In this document: piece by piece, positions 48,201-63,834 of the stretch
How the letters are laid out: every line of letters starts with the position of its first letter
How positions within the stretch are numbered: the stretch's first letter is position 1
NCBI RefSeq assembly: GCF_035594765.1
Contig: NW_026943824.1
Location: 248,001-312,000 of the forward strand
DNA length: 64,000 bases
From: Anolis carolinensis
Taxonomy: Eukaryota
Direction of reading: 5' to 3'
Translations under genes and position numbers: made by a program
The notes under the pieces: model-generated
Seen by the model: the letters and a program-made list of their open reading frames with translations, nothing else
Databases searched by the model: none
Told to the model about the DNA's origin: nothing

Positions 48201-51200
48201 TCCCCTCCAGTGGGTGGTTCTCTTGGGTTGAGTTATTGGGATGGTTTGGAGGGGGATGGGGTCAGATGGTTGTCCAGCGGTTGAGGGAAAGGATGCGGGA
48301 GAAGGCTGGACTGGCAGGCAAAGGAAATAAATCATGCCTCCAACATCACAATAGCTGGAAATGGGTCTGCGAACAATTTCTGTTGAGCAGTTTCCCCACT
48401 CCTCCTTTTGCATCATATGCGTCATACAGGAGAGCAGAGACCTCAGCAGGAAGGAAAAAAAAATATATTAAGCAATTCATTAGGAGGTGTTTCAGTTATG
48501 TTTACTACCTTATTGTCTAGCTTGTGTAGACAATAAGGAAAATCACATTAAAGGTGCATAGTAAAGTGCTTTTGTTTGATTGACCGTTATATGCTGTATA
48601 CATTTCCCTCCGCCTTACATGTTTTCTAACAATTTCTTACATGCTTCTTCCTCTTCCTTTCCCATGATACTGTTTTTTGTTTGGAGCGGGCCTTATCTAC
48701 AATGTCATGCATGAACATTTATGAAAGCCAGGCCCATAAATTGGGAAGCAATATATTCAATTTTTTAAAAGTTCCAATGACTACACTAATATAGATGCAC
48801 ATATTCAAGGTTTTGTTTCATGGTAGGGGTCAGTATCGTGATGTTGGTACTAGGAGTGAATAATTTAGGATTCTGATGTGTTTGTGTAACATTTGTAGGT
48901 CAGCAAAATGTAGTGATTTCTTTGAGAAACATTGCCAGTACATGGATAGTGGCATATACTGCGTCTGGAGTAGGGTGGGGTGGGCTCTGTCTTTGGAGGT
49001 CTTTAAACCGGGATTGGATGGGCATCTTTCAGGAGTGTTGTCCTGTGATTCCATATTTGTGCATGGCACAGGATTAGATTACGTGGTCCTTGCAATTTTC
49101 CCAAGAGTCTATAAACCTATGAAAAGGGCCTTGAGAAGATTATGCAGTCACCGTTATACATCAGGTGATATTCTGTGAGACAGGCCTTTCTTTTGATGTT
49201 AGTAAGGCTGTGAGGTATTTGCCTGCTTATCCAAACTGCCATGACTATGTGTTTTTCTGCCTAGCGTTCAGTTGTTTGCGAGTTTTAAAATTTTGGCAGT
49301 GAGCCATTCCTATCCACCTATTGGAGTCCTAAAAGATCTGCAGATTACTAAACCTTGATCTTCACATGCAGTAGAATGTGGAGGGATAACAGAGTGGTCT
49401 GTGCTCCTTTAGACTGCAGGCATGGGGCAGCATTTTTGAACGATTCCTCATCACAAAAAGCCTTTCCTGTTGATGGAAAATGAGCATAATAGGGGGAGGG
49501 GTCTTTGCTCAGACTTTCTCTGCTGTGTCTAGGTCTTCTGATGTAGAGGGAATTCATGAATGTGATAGCCTGCCTGCGGTCTCAAGGCTAGCAATCTCCT
49601 TTCCACCTCATTCTGCTGCATGAGTAGATCCAGATAATTCCATTCAGGACTGAGAGCTAACAGCCCATGTACCCTTTATGGTAGTTCAAAAGAGAGTTTA
49701 AATGTCTTGCTATGTTTGTTGACAATCGTCATTGTGGAAGTTATTTGGATGTTCAATCAAGAGATGAAAAAATGGGATTCTTAATGTTTTATGTTTCCAG
49801 CAGTCTATTCAACGTTTAGCAATATTTATTTTCAGTCTTTATTTTCAGTTTTACTTTGTTATAAAAATTAAAACAATACTGATTTGAGAGTCTGAACCAT
49901 TAAAAGAAATCGACTTTTGCTCTCAGCTAAGATGATATGTATTCTTGACATCAGTTTCATCATGGGTGATTAAGAGTAGGGGGAAAAAAACAAGCATTTT
50001 TGGTAGTAGCATCTTGACGATTCACTGTTTCCTTCTACAAGTTCATACTGGACAATGTAGATGTGATTTAGGAGATGATTCTTTGTTATCTGTCGTAATA
50101 AAACATAATTTTAATGCAAAAATTGAAAGAAAAAATGAATTACAGAGGCCTGAAATCATAGGCCTGCACTCAGAAACTGAAGGAATGCATACATGCCACC
50201 CTCTGGTCAGTTCATACTAGTGATATTATGAAGAGCTTATAATATAAAACCAGTAACTTAAACTGTTGTGGTCTAAAAGAAATGAAACCCTGGAAAAGCC
50301 TGTATTTCTATGTACTATTCAATGAATTATATAGGCATTGTGTCATTTGATTTTCAGGTATCCATCTTCCTTTTTTCTTTCTAGGTCTTGTATCTTAAAA
50401 ATCCAGATATCAGTTTAAACTGCAGGGGGCAGAAAGTGTCAATTTTTGCTTCCTTGTTTGGCTGCTAACATTGTTTTTTGCCTTACATTTCAAAACGTTG
50501 TTTGGGTACTGTTAGGTTTTAAAAAATACATTATTCCCTATATACCCTCCCTAGTTAAGACACTTCCCTTGGCTTGAATTCTTAATCTATTGCTTTATGA
50601 ACATAGAAGCAGTATCATCTTCTTGGATAAGGGAAACTGAATATTTAGTCAAGTGACAGTATGAGTTCTTGATTCTTGACTTAATGCAAAAGGGAGAAAG
50701 ATATGCGTTGGCAATCAGGTTGCATATTAAGAAATTGATAATGTATGTGACTATCAGAATTGCTGCCACTGACAATTTCATTTATGCAAATACACATTTT
50801 GATGGTGGAATCTCTTTAAGGTTGACATGGATGCATTTTACTGTAAGGATTCGAAATGCATGTTTCTGAAGCATTTTACTCTTAGAAGGGTGATGTAAAT
50901 AGAACTGACTGGAAAGAAAGGAAGAGTGAGTAAGCTGACTTAATTTGTCCAATCTGTCTGTAGCTTCTGGGATTTGTATACTTCCCTCTGGAACTGTGGT
51001 GGATTTTGATCCTTTGCTCATGGCTGATATGTCTCTGTACTTTACAGTATGGTGAAATGAATCCTGTGGATGGTTATCTTGTGCTTTGTACATTCAGCAC
51101 TGAAGAGCAAGTTGACCTGACTTCTCTGAATGCTGCGGTGATGGAAAAGATAGGACTCGTATACCAGTTGATTACTGCCTATTATTTGACTCATCAGTTT

Positions 51201-52266
51201 TAGACAACTTTTTAGAGATAGGACCTTGTCTTTTATATTTAAAAAGTTCATCATCATGTACTTGATTATAAAGGCTAGGATGCTTATTTAGGAACAAAAA
51301 CCACCTTTAAAAAAAGTTTTTATGTTGTTAGTGATCTAAACAATAAAAAATACAGATGCTGAATTGTTTGGACTTTGAATTTATTACAACTAATTATATC
51401 TTATGTATGTATTTTAGTGCGATTATATTCTATGATATTGATCGGGCTTGTCCCCATGTAATCCGCTCCGAGTCCCGTTGGGGAGATGGAGGCGAAATAC
51501 AAAAATAAAGTTGTCATTTTATTATTATCATCTTATATATAATTGCTGTATAGCTTGATGGCTGAGATCCTACATCCTTGTCTAGCTCCGCGTGCACAGT
51601 TTCATGTCCTTCTGTGACCCGGCAGATGTTGAGACCTAGGAGCGGCTTCTGCTGTTGTTACTTACTGGTGGAGAAGGGAAGGAGGGGAGGCCATTCAGAC
51701 CATGGAGAAGCAGCTGATCTCACTTCAGTTGCAGAGAGAGGAAATGAGGGTCCACTTTCACATGGAGCCCAGCTGCCTTTTCCTTTCCTTGGAAGCTCAG
51801 GATAGTAGCTGCATCATCGTGGACTTCTTCTCTCCTCCCCTTCTGTACCGTCTCCTCCCAGGATTTAATGCTGCTGGATGGTGGGAGGTTTTGAATCCAA
51901 GTGCAAGGGCAAGTGAATAGCCCTCTTTTCCCCATCCAAATCAGGTCTAATATACACATAATAAACTAGCAGCCAGTGTCATGTTATATTATTAGAATGG
52001 AAACATATTGGTTGGAATTCTTTTATTGATATATTTATTTATTTATTTATTTTTCAAACTTATATGCCGCCACTCCCCTAGGGCTCTGGGCGGCTTACAA
52101 GAACCGGCTAAAATCAACAATTTAAAAACTTCTTTAAAACATCTTTAAAAAACATCTTAAAAACATCCTAAAAGCACCTTTTAAAACATCAATAACAGAA
52201 CTCAAAAGCCTGCCGAAACATTCAACAGCCTGATTTATTCTGTCTAAAATGCTGTTATCAGAATAC

Positions 52267-52514
52267 CGTATATACTTGAGTATAAGCCAAGGCACCTAAC
52301 TTTACCACAAAAAAACTGAGAAAACATTGACTCCAGTATAAGCTGAGATACCAATAAAATTACATTAATTGAGGCATCAGTAGTGTAAATGTTTTTGAAC
52401 CTTTACATCAAACTGTAATTTAAGATATAACCGTTCAACTTTGATTAAATCATTATTTTCATCTTCTTCAATGTAAATGTGCTTATGTTCCCTTTTAATG
52501 ATAGAGTGAAATAA

Positions 52515-52551
<37 letters not shown>

Positions 52552-52640
52552 TGCAGTAAAATAATAAATGTATTAATAATAAAAATAGAGTAAAATAAAT
52601 GTAAAAGTTACAACAATAATAGAGTAAAATAATACATGCA
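52267..52640. mobile_element. Fragment of the Tc1/mariner-type element family seen at 14646-15649
   Basis: TA|ccgtatatacttgagtataagcc terminus. Confidence 0.55.
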
Positions 52641-55600
52641 CATGTAATTTTAAGTTACATGTATGCATGCCTTGTTTGGATGGGGCTATCACTGACCCTT
52701 TTGCACTTGATCTGAAACCTCACTGACAATATGCCCCATGCAAGAGTACACACACATATATATATATCATATATATATGATGGCTGTTAAACGGCAGTTC
52801 TTGCTGCTTGATCACTCCTCACCAAGAGTTTAATAACCATAGCTACCCCAGTTGTATGCTAATTTGTTTGGAGCTAATTTGTTGACTGTAGGAATCAAAA
52901 CAGATGTTATTGCATATGTCCGAGTGACGAATTACAGAAAAATAACCCCATCTTGTTAGCGTTTCCCAACATGTTTTGTAGGGATTTTGTAGGAATTGTT
53001 CTTCTAAGCCTATTTTTCAGAAAGTCATGAGGCAACATGGCTTCTAATTTCAACATGATTCTGGATGCTTAGTCTTTGAATGTAAACCATGTTAGCAATA
53101 GTTGTAGGATAAAAAAATGAGAAACTGCTTTTCTGTGATTGAGGAACTTTATGGTCTTCCGTTTTCAGTCGTTAGTATTGCAACATTCCCAATGTTTACT
53201 TAATTGCTACTTAAAATATCTTCAGTGAGGAAGATTGCTAGGCAACATATAACACTGCCCAGTAAGCAGTTACAATAATTTATATGAAATCTACTTTTCT
53301 GCAGACTCTGGTGCTACTGAGAGTAGGGACAAACATTGAAAGTAGCCTTTTAAATAATGGAGGATTATATTTCATGCTGCTTGTTCTAAAGATGCTTTCT
53401 TTTGTCTTTGCTTCGTGACATTTTCTTGTTTTCTCATGTGTTTTAATATTTTAGAAGCTCTTCTGTCCAGTCTCTTTGCAGCTCTCAGAATATTTCACAG
53501 TGTGAATTCATGTTATGCTTTTTAAAAAGATGCACAACATGGTTAATTTTGATTATTGTCAAGGTCTTGTTTGTGTTGTAGTATTTTTTTTGAATATCTC
53601 ATTATAAAAAATGTTAAAACTTATTAAGGTGGAAGGCAATATGACAAGAAGAAAATCACACTATGCCTGGATACATTCAGTCAAGGAAGCCACAGATTTC
53701 TTGATGGTGATGATGATAATAGTAATAATAATAATAATTTACCATGCTACAGTCTTATGTTCCTTTTAAATTTTATATAATCTTTTCCATATCTTTTTCT
53801 GTGGGACAACATTATGGATTCCGTCACTAAAAAGAGGAGGTGCTGTTGTGTTCATCACAGGAATATCCATGTATGTGCTTACATATTTATAGAAATGTTA
53901 GAAGTTTTATCCTCCTTTTCCCATAAATCCCAAAGCTTCTTACAAAATATTAAGACTATAACAGCCAATATAGAAAGCATCATAACCTACTTTCTGTATC
54001 CACATCAAGTCTTTGTGGCGGAGGAAAATCTTAATGTTCTTGTGTCTGTCTTTTTGGATAAATATGCATATGAGAAGATCATGCAGTACAACTTGCAAAT
54101 TGTGCCTTGATTGGCACACATTCCTCAGTTCTACTGAGGAACATTGTTGAAATGGACTTGCTTATCTGAAGTGACAATTACAAGTGGTCTTCTAAACTCA
54201 AAAGAATAGCCCTCAAATTGGGTCAATCATGCGTGTCTATTTATGAATTATTAATAACATCATTTCTGCGCCATCTTTTAGGTTGAGTGAGGGCATACGA
54301 CAGTTTAGAAAACAAAATGACAAGAACCCATTCAATACATCAACATATGAACAAACGTAACTATTTTATATCAAGTCAGAAGAGACAATGTTTTCAATTT
54401 TTGCTTTCTTTCTTTCTTGGGTTTGTGCAGTTTACAGCAGCGTAGTAAACATAAACATTCACACCAGACTTGTAACAATATTAGGATGTGTTAAATTCTA
54501 GTTGTGAAGCAACCAGTGTGGACGTTTCCTCTTCTCTCCCAGCGCCATTCTTGTACAAAAGGACCGCCTTGGGCTTGCTGGACACTTTGCAAGCTGGCAG
54601 CCACCGCTTGTAGACCGCCAGTGAAGGGTAGCTGGTGCGCAGCCATGCTTTGGCAGTAACCGGTGCTTTAACCCTCCACCTTGTTCAGGGCAGTGAAATT
54701 TGGGCAAGCCAGCAGGTTTGGGTCTATGCCACATGGCAGGGTTGTTCTCCAAGTCTTCTTGCTGCTTTTCTTGTTGCTTTCTGCTTTCACAGCCATGCAA
54801 ATCTGCCAGATTTGGCAAGTCAGCCAAACCGAACATTGTAGGTTAGTTATTTCTACAACCGGAGGTTGTAAAGGCTTATGTCTGACACTGAGAAGTGAAC
54901 AGTTGAATGTATAAGGATAAAGTTTTTCAAAAGCTGCTCTTTCCAAGCCATTGAAATATATACAACCTGTATATAAATACTTGGAAAATGTAGTAAGTTT
55001 TTGGTATGTTCATAAAACAAAAAGGAATTGCATAGTTATCCTCATTTGTATTATGTATCAGTACGTTTTTAGTGTTAGGTTTCCAGAATGGCTGAAAATT
55101 CTAATTGCTCATATCATAACATTTTAGTATGGAATCTTTACCCATGCAGGTCAAAATGTGTGTGTTGTTAAATGAGTATTTGTTAACAACTCAATGTTAT
55201 TTCTAATACTGCATTCTAGCTATTATCATGGTAGATAATCTGATTTTAAGTTTCAGTTCTTCTTACGAGTTGCCAGGTGAAAATAAAGGACAGGATTTCT
55301 GTACCTTTCATTGTTATGTGGAGGGGGAGTTAGAATAGGCGAATCTTGCTTGACCTGCATCACGTGTGAAATTCCCTCTTCTGCACAATTATTAAAGCCT
55401 TGAAAGGAGTACTCTTCCATCGCCCGTAGTCATTGTTTGACATCATCATTGCAGTATTTTGCAAATGTTATTGATTTTTGCTGGGTCATTCTTAATCAAA
55501 GAAAGAGATCTCTGTTTCGTTCCAGGTAAATGCAAGATGGGTAGTTTAAATTATTGCAGTCTTTGATGAACTTTCTTGGCTACCTGTCACACAGGGGTTT

Positions 55601-58600
55601 CAGACTCATCTATGGCCCTTTTGAGGTTTAAATATAAAGTCATATGTCTTTTATTAAGATGGGTATAGGCCTAGTGAGCAGATTGGAGTGATCATTGAAT
55701 TTAGAATTTTTAAGCTTGTATATGTTCCGTTGTTCACGTATACATGAATATTACAGTTTTCTGTTGACGAGAATTAGCAATTTAACAATTTCAAAAGGCA
55801 AATATCAGAAGACTGTGCTATGGTGACAGTGGTGAGACTCCTATGAACACTAAAGATTATTGTGTGAATAATAAATTTCTTATAAATTTATTCTTATATT
55901 CTTATATCCCGCCCCATCTCCCCGAGGGGACTCGGGGCGGCTCACAACAATAATAAAAACAGTGACAAATTACACATTGTAAAATCAAACATGAAAAGCA
56001 GTCATACAATCAATACATACATCACATGTTAAAAACAAGGAGATAAAACAGTTCTAGGCCGAAATAGAGGATATTCAAATGTTCATTAGTAATCCTATTT
56101 GAAGTGCAAATTTTTATGTTCAGAAGCAGTTATAAAGCTTTCTAATACTGCTGGATAAAATGCCATGTGAGTATAATGAATTGTACTGTCTCTGAAAGCT
56201 AATCACATTTTTAGTTAGACTTGTGCTAAAAATAATGCAAAGTGATTAAATAATGAGGTGGCCTGATGTCTTGCATAGTGCACTGGTCAGCCACTAGGTT
56301 CAATAGACATTCATTTTCAGAGGAAATTCCAAATCCAGTGGCTATTCTTGTCTCTTGTGTTGTCAAGCGCGCTTGGTTTTGGTGGGTTTTTTCAATTATG
56401 AAGTCTGTGAAGTCTGTAGTGTTATTGCATATATACGATATCCCATTGTTTTAGTGTAGTGCATTTTTAAAAAAATTTGGAAAGTCTCGGTATTATTTAA
56501 GTGCTTTAAATAATATATCAGTTACGGTAGTTTGAATTGCAATCTTTGAGAACACTTCCTCCATGAAAGTGTATAATCCTTCAAAAACAAGACATTCAAA
56601 TTGGGACATTGTGTGACTCAGATGTTTTACATGTCTGAACAGTTCTGTGTGATATTTGAATCAGAGGTGGTGGTTGTTTGCAGTAATGGTCAGGGCTGTA
56701 GTGTCAGTAGGCCAGATCTTCAACTCCGGCACCATTTTTCTGTAGTCCTTTACAATTGGCAAATGTGTATTACCGTAATTAGTAATAACTAGATAACAAA
56801 TTTACTGTTGTCAAATGGTAGCCCAAGGCATTTCGTCACCACCACATGAATCTATATATTTATTTGCTTAACATTTTTGAACTGCCATCACTTTCTAGGA
56901 AAATAAAGGTACAATACAACTAAGCATTTAATATTATATGCATTTATTGTGAAGCTGGGTGTGTTCATATCTACCAATTCCAACTCCACCAAATTGCTTC
57001 CAACTCCAAGCCTAGCTATTTATTGATGAAGATTTCCTAAACCAGGAATGGGCAAACTTCGGCTCTCCAGGTGTTTTGGACTTCAACTACAGGTACCACA
57101 ATTCCTATCAGCTTACTGGCTGTTAGGAATTACGGGAGTTGAAGTACAAAACATCTGGAGGGTTGAAGTTCACCTATACCTGCTCTAAACCATATCACCA
57201 TTCTCAAAAATGGTGTGTAGATTTTGAATTTTGTCAGGATCGGAAAATTGGATTTTTCTTTTTCAGAAGAAGTGTATAGGTAAAAGTTGATTTTCCTTTC
57301 TGTCCTTTTAAATTTTTTTATGTCATATAAATAAATCATTTGAACTGGAGCTCTGTTTTCTGCTAGCAGAATTGCAGTGACTTTGATGTGGACTAATTAA
57401 GTTCATATTTCCTATGGACGGCTTATGGTGCTTAAAAAGAATCAGCTGAAGCCACGGCTTTCCTAAATAATATCCTGTGAGTTGTTAAGCTTTGATCTAT
57501 ATTTCTCTTAAGATTCTTTTGCAAAAAAAAATATATTGCTAGGAGTAGTTCCATCAAAGTAGCAGACTCTGTATCCCAAGAGCCCACCTTCCTTCCTCCC
57601 CTTTCCATAGGAAGAATACGAATTTTATTCAGCGTGTGATCTTGCCTTGGAAATAGCTCCTTCGAATCATGGGCAGCACTGAAAGAAATACTCTGCACAG
57701 TGTCAGGTAGACAAGGCTGCTTAACTAGTCTGCTGCATTACTTCTCCTGCCACGTGTCCCTATAGATTAGATCAATGCATCACCTAATAAGATGTTTAAA
57801 AGCATTTTCACGATTTGCTGACACAGGGGGATGATGAGGGAAAGGAATAGATTTTTATACTGTATCTTAGGACATGCTACTGCAGCATTGGCAGTCATCT
57901 TGTTCACATGTAAAATTGGCTGCTGCAGTGGTGCATTGCAGGAAGAGGATAAACTCAGCACACTGAAATGTAATAACTACAGCAAGTGCATATATGTAAC
58001 TATTGGAACAATTTTCTGGAAGGAGAATGAGTTGCAATCTGAAACCCTTTTCCCTTCTTGACTTCGTAAGAAAGGGAAGCTACCTTTTCCATTCACAACG
58101 ATGCAGTTGCACATATTGAACATATCTTCACACTACGCTAGGGGTTTTTTAAACCTTAGTCATTCCTTATGATGTTAATTTATTAAGCCTTTAAAACTGT
58201 GAGTGTGGTTCCTAATGCACTGGATATTCTAGTATTGAGAATTGATGGTAAATTTTGAATTTCTGGTAAAGATAATGGATTACTCTCTGATGGAACATAC
58301 AGTATCACAAAGAAGGTAAACTTCTGCTCTGAATGCATCTTAACAATCATATTTAGCCTTGGCTTAAGTATATTTAGATTTATAGCAAGAAGTGATCTCT
58401 GTTTTTCTTCAGTAATATCAAGTTATTTTTGATCACATATTTTTCTTTCACCAGGCCAGGATTGAATATTTATTCCTCTTCAGACATTTGGTAATAAACA
58501 TTTCAAGGAGCTTCCATTAATGTATCAGATATCTTTGCGTCTCTTGTTCTAGTACGAAGCAGACAGAACTCCTGAGTGATAACCAAAGGGCATGTTTCAA

Positions 58601-58740
58601 AGTCCTCCCTTAGGGACAAGGACCCTGTGTGATGAAAGTACTGTCTCTCATGGTTAGATTTCATAAATGTAACTTGTGTGGATTAATGTATATGACACAG
58701 CAGTTGATGTTTCTAATGATCCTCTTTTTCCCCGTTTCAG

Positions 58741-58873
58741 GCAAAGTCGTGTATCTGTCATATGTGTGGTGCACATCTGAACAGACTCCATTCTTGCCTA
58801 TATTGTGTCTTCTTTGGCTGTTTCACAAAGAAGCACATTCACGAGCACGCAAAGGCAAAGCGACACAACTTAG
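58741..58873 (+). CDS. USP22: USP22 exon 2 (ZnF-UBP)
   Basis: ttcag|[44 protein letters not shown]|gtaagt; 133 nt. Confidence 0.96.
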
Positions 58874-61800
58874 GTAAGTAATCTCCCTTGACTCTTACAG
58901 CAACATAACTTGTTTACTAGTGCATGCTTTTACTACGTGGAAATATTTAGATCAGATGAACCCAGACAGCGTGTCTGCTCTTGTCATACAATCCAATTTG
59001 TTCTTATAATATTTTAGTCTGAAGTTACATTATAATCCTGACAATGATTAATTGAGGCTGTGGTGCTAAATCTGTAAAAATAACATGAGATGAACTAAGT
59101 AGCACAGTTTATAACTGGCTCCTTTCTAGCAGGGTTTAGACATATGTTCCCCATTTTAACATGTTGGATAGCCCATTAGAAATCATGAAAATATGGATGT
59201 ATCTAAGGATTAGAAAGATTGCCTCTTTATTTTGGCCAAAAAGTGAACATTTGATTCCTCTAGATTCTCAATTATGACAGTATATATTCAGTAATACAGT
59301 TGTTTCCTGCCTAAAACCAAATGGCCTTAGCTATTTGTTCTGTGAGGCCTCTCTCTTTGGTTAATCCTCAAATCATTTTCACCTATGGAGAGGCAAATGT
59401 GTTTTTTAGTTTACCCAGAGGGATTTCCTTACAAACCAGCATGTAAAATCTATGGTTGGTATCCCATTCTAATCCTGAGTAGAGTAGATCCATTGATAAC
59501 ATACCGAGTAAATATTGACTCTGGGTAGCTGTACTGTTTAGGAATTACTATTATTTTTCAATAGATATATCTTGAGTAGTGGTCCTCGATCTGTGAGTCC
59601 CCAGGTGTTTTGGCCTACAACTTCCAGAAATCTGAGCCAGTTTACCAGCTGTTAGGATTTCTGGGAGTTGAAGGCCAAAACATCTGGGGAGCCACAGGTT
59701 TGAGAACCACTGGGCTAGAGAATTGGACATGAAACTTCCTTGTCGATGTTTTGAGTATTTTTAAAATGGATTTTGACTGTCGTGTATTTACTTCGTTAGT
59801 TAAAAACTTTCCATCTACTGCCTCACCTTCCCAGACTTGTCTGATGCTCAGCCTGGTAGGATTCAGCAAACAGTATGTCATCTTCTCTTATTGCTGTCTA
59901 TGCAAATGTCCTAGTTTTAAAACATGATGATTATTATATAATCCCGATTCCACTTGATGTACATGTTGAAAAGGCTTAACTGTGGCCAAGAGGCATGAAT
60001 TATCTAGTCGTAAATCATAAAGTCTTAAATTTGTTGCAATAATTTTCAGAACACTGATGTTTAGGCAGCTCTTCAAAAAAGCCAAAAGCCCAAAGATCCA
60101 GTCTCCTTCACACATTGAAGGAGGTTCTTTATTGTAGGTTTTATCTTCATTTGTTGCAGACTGTATGATAAAGTCCCAAAGGGGTGAGTGCATAGCCTAC
60201 AGTGAATTGTGTTGGATGAATGTCTTTGAAGGACACTTGCCTGTCATTACTGACCTTACCCTAGGAAGAACGCTTTTGAACTTCAGAAGGAAACGTATTG
60301 TAGTTCATTTCATAGGAGTATAAAAAAATTCATTATTATATAATAAATCAGCTTCCTAATTGAATATGGCACATTTCTTTCAAATAGCTTCTGCCTCTTG
60401 TACATTTTTTAAAACGCTGTGTTGCTTATTGCTGTTACAATGAGAACATAAGTTGGAGAACCTGGATAGAGACAGGAGCCCTCCTCTTTTAAGTCTGTTA
60501 TCTCTAGTACTTAGTATCTCACCAGAATTCGGTCGGCTGGAGGACCTGCAGAAGTATACAAACACATAGCAACATGTCAGTTCTTACATTTGCAGCCCTG
60601 TAGTAGAAAAGTCATATATCTCTTGTGACTTTCATCTGTTTTGTGTGGTCTTGAGGAATGGGCCATTTGGGATGGAGAGGAGTGCCACACGAGAGCTGAA
60701 AGTCATTTCTAGAGCATTCTTCATTGAGAGACAAGGTTAACACGTTTTGTTTATAATGATTTGATACAAGCCACCCAGAGGCTCATATGATGGTGAAATG
60801 GAATATCTTTTTTTTTAATTGTATGTATATGTGTCAGTCTTATGGCTTTCCAAGATATACTTGTTAGCAGAGGATATTTGGGAACCTGGAGCTGCAACTG
60901 CTACTGTGTCCATAGGCGATGATGGCATTTGATCCCCCCGAAAAGCCTGTCTAACTAACTGCATGCACATCTTAGAATGCATAGAAATTATTTTTGAAGC
61001 AGTGACTTTCACTGAGCTAACATCGGTCTCCATGGAGACAAGGAGAAACTGAAACTCCAGACACCAAATTCTGTAGCTTTAGCAGCATCAGCTTCATGTG
61101 TGATGTGGGATGAAGTATTTGCATCTACTAGTGGCCAGAGGCTTGGGTTGCTGTGAGTTTTTCAGGCTGTATGGCCATGTTCCAGAAGCATTCTCTCCTG
61201 ATGTTTCTCCCACATTTATGACAGGCATCCTCAGAGGTTGTTTTCTCAGTAAGAGGCACACGTTTTCTGGAACTCCCTTACCTTAAGGATGCTTGGCAAG
61301 ACCTGATCTCGCCTTGGTTTTGTATCAGTTCAAAATCTTGCTTTTTAGACTGGTGCTTCTGAATTTCATGTTGATCTCCTGACAACTGCCTTATATATTC
61401 CAGTAGTTGATTAAATGTGTCTCAAGCACCTTTTACACTAATATATAAAACCCAGATTAACTGCTGTGGATTATCTGAGTCTGCACAGCCATATAATCCA
61501 GTTCAGAGCAGATAATCTGGATTGTATATGGCAGTGTAGAAGGGGCCTCAGTTAAAAGGTGGGGATTGAGCCTTAGTTGTATAGAAATTGATGGGACAAG
61601 ACACAGATTGTGTAGTGGCTGCTTTGAGTCTCCTTGTGGAGAGACAAAGCGAGGTATAAATAAACATCATCATAATCAGACAATTGGAATGGCTAAGGGG
61701 CATTTGAGCATCAGACTTACATAGCAAAGATATTTAGAGAGACCATCTCAATGGTTGTTTCCAGAAAGATTGTTCATGACTTTTCAATGCACATTGCTGG

Positions 61801-63264
61801 ATACATTAGTGGGATTAGTCAAGTTTGCTCAGGAATTATTGGTCAATATTAGCGGCCTCTGTTATCAGTTGATAGACCTTGCATGAAATAACTATATTAA
61901 CTGAGAACTAAATGGATCATAATAGAACGCTGTTAAGCAACAGGAAATGTTGTGTGGGGTTTTTTTATGATGAAAACTCTTCACAGTGTAGCATAAAAAG
62001 AGAGCCATTTCTATCCAGATTCTTTTCATCATCAGGTTTAGCAATCTGGTACTGGAATACCTTGTAGTAACAGTGTGATTTGTTTGTTTTTAATTTAGAC
62101 TGCAATTACGAAGATTGTGCTGATTTCCAGCTGAGTTGCGGAACAGAATATATAGCAAGGGTTGCAATAATCACTGCATTTAAAAAAAATCTTGAGGCTT
62201 TATTTTAAAACATAACATTCAGATATTACTTTGTAAGTCTCTTGCTATCCATCCACCCACCTATTGCTATAGCAACGGTTACTTTATATGTAACTGTTAT
62301 ATAAGCAAGAATGATGTTCTGTGCAAAATAGATAACATTGGTGTTTTTTGTTAAAATTTATCTCTGTCCTAAATGTTGGTTCTGACAAAAACGAAAGGTA
62401 CAGAAAATCAGCTGTTTGGGTAGTATACTTTCCTGCTAGTATAATTTACTTATATGTGAATATTTCTTTGTAAACTCTATGGGTCCATACTTGAAACAAA
62501 ACAAGAGATAGGTGCCTCCTAAAAATATAGATTTTATTTATTAAGAGGTAAAGCTCATGAGAAATCTTTGGTAACTGATTTCTGGCACAGGTTGCTGCAG
62601 AAGACGTTGTCATCCTCATCACCACCACCATCGTCATGGTCATCATTTAATTATTTATAGAGCACTATCATTATACACATGGCATTTCACATGCATGGTT
62701 TACGATTGTTAATTTGACAGTTCCTTGACCTCAGGCTTACAGTCTAATAAAGAGGTTCTTCAGTCTCTTCCTAGCATACATGGAGTTCTCTTCGTACCCA
62801 TTATTCTTGTACCTGGAGGTTTGAAAAGATATTATATGTTCATGATTCTCAGTCCATTATCATTCTTTCTCCTAAGTTTCCATAACAATATCTTTTAAAA
62901 AGCAGTGTGCCGTCACTTTTAAGTATCTCATCATGCAGTCCTTGTGTCTCAAAGTGCCAGGCTGGTGCTGAAAGTTAGTAGGTCTTAAAATATTTTCAGG
63001 GTTTATCTGTTTTTAAGTTTTGTCATCTAATTCTTTCTGATACCAGCTGGAGAATGGAGCATTTTCTTTTGTAAAATAAAATGGAAGAGTGACCCCCTGC
63101 CTCTGCCTTAACCCTTTCCTATGGCACATACATGTTAAGCCTTGCTATTTCCATGCCTGTTTGCCCTGGTAAAGCGGCTCCGTTATGGAACCCAAAACCT
63201 TTACTTACTGTGTTTTCATCGTTGTTGCTTTTTCTCTTTCCCCCACCATCTTCTGTTTCTGCAG

Positions 63265-63378
63265 CCATAGACCTTTTGTATGGGGGTATATACTGCTTTA
63301 TGTGTCAAGATTACATATACGACAAAGATATGGAACAAATTGCCAAAGAAGAACAACGAAAAGCTTGGAAGCTACAAG
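63265..63378 (+). CDS. USP22: USP22 exon 3
   Basis: gcag|[38 protein letters not shown]|gtttgg; 114 nt. Confidence 0.96.
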
Positions 63379-63834
63379 GTTTGGTTTTCTTTAAGTTTCT
63401 GCCTGAAAGAGTGCTCACTTTAATTCGTAGATATATCTGGCCTTCCCATCCAAATGAAGATAGACTTCAGTCTGAGGGAGGCTGGCCTTTCTGACTGAGA
63501 TGAATGTAGAGAATGACTCTCTTCCAAGACTAGTTTGTTTACTATACACACATCACTAAATCACAATAGCAACAATAAAAAGTAACGTTATTGTGCAGAG
63601 CTAACCATAATAAAACAGAATAAATCTGCCCGTTTCAACCTAGTAGTTGAGACCATTCTGCCCCATATGAAAGGCAACATTTTCCCTGTGTGATTGTCTT
63701 GTAGAATATGCCATCTAAGCACATGCTATTGTTTTCACATACAGTATGTATATCTGTCGATTTTAACACACAAGTATATGTACACACATTTGTTTTATTA
63801 TTCAGTTTGCTTTCCCTAATTTTTTCTTTTTTAG

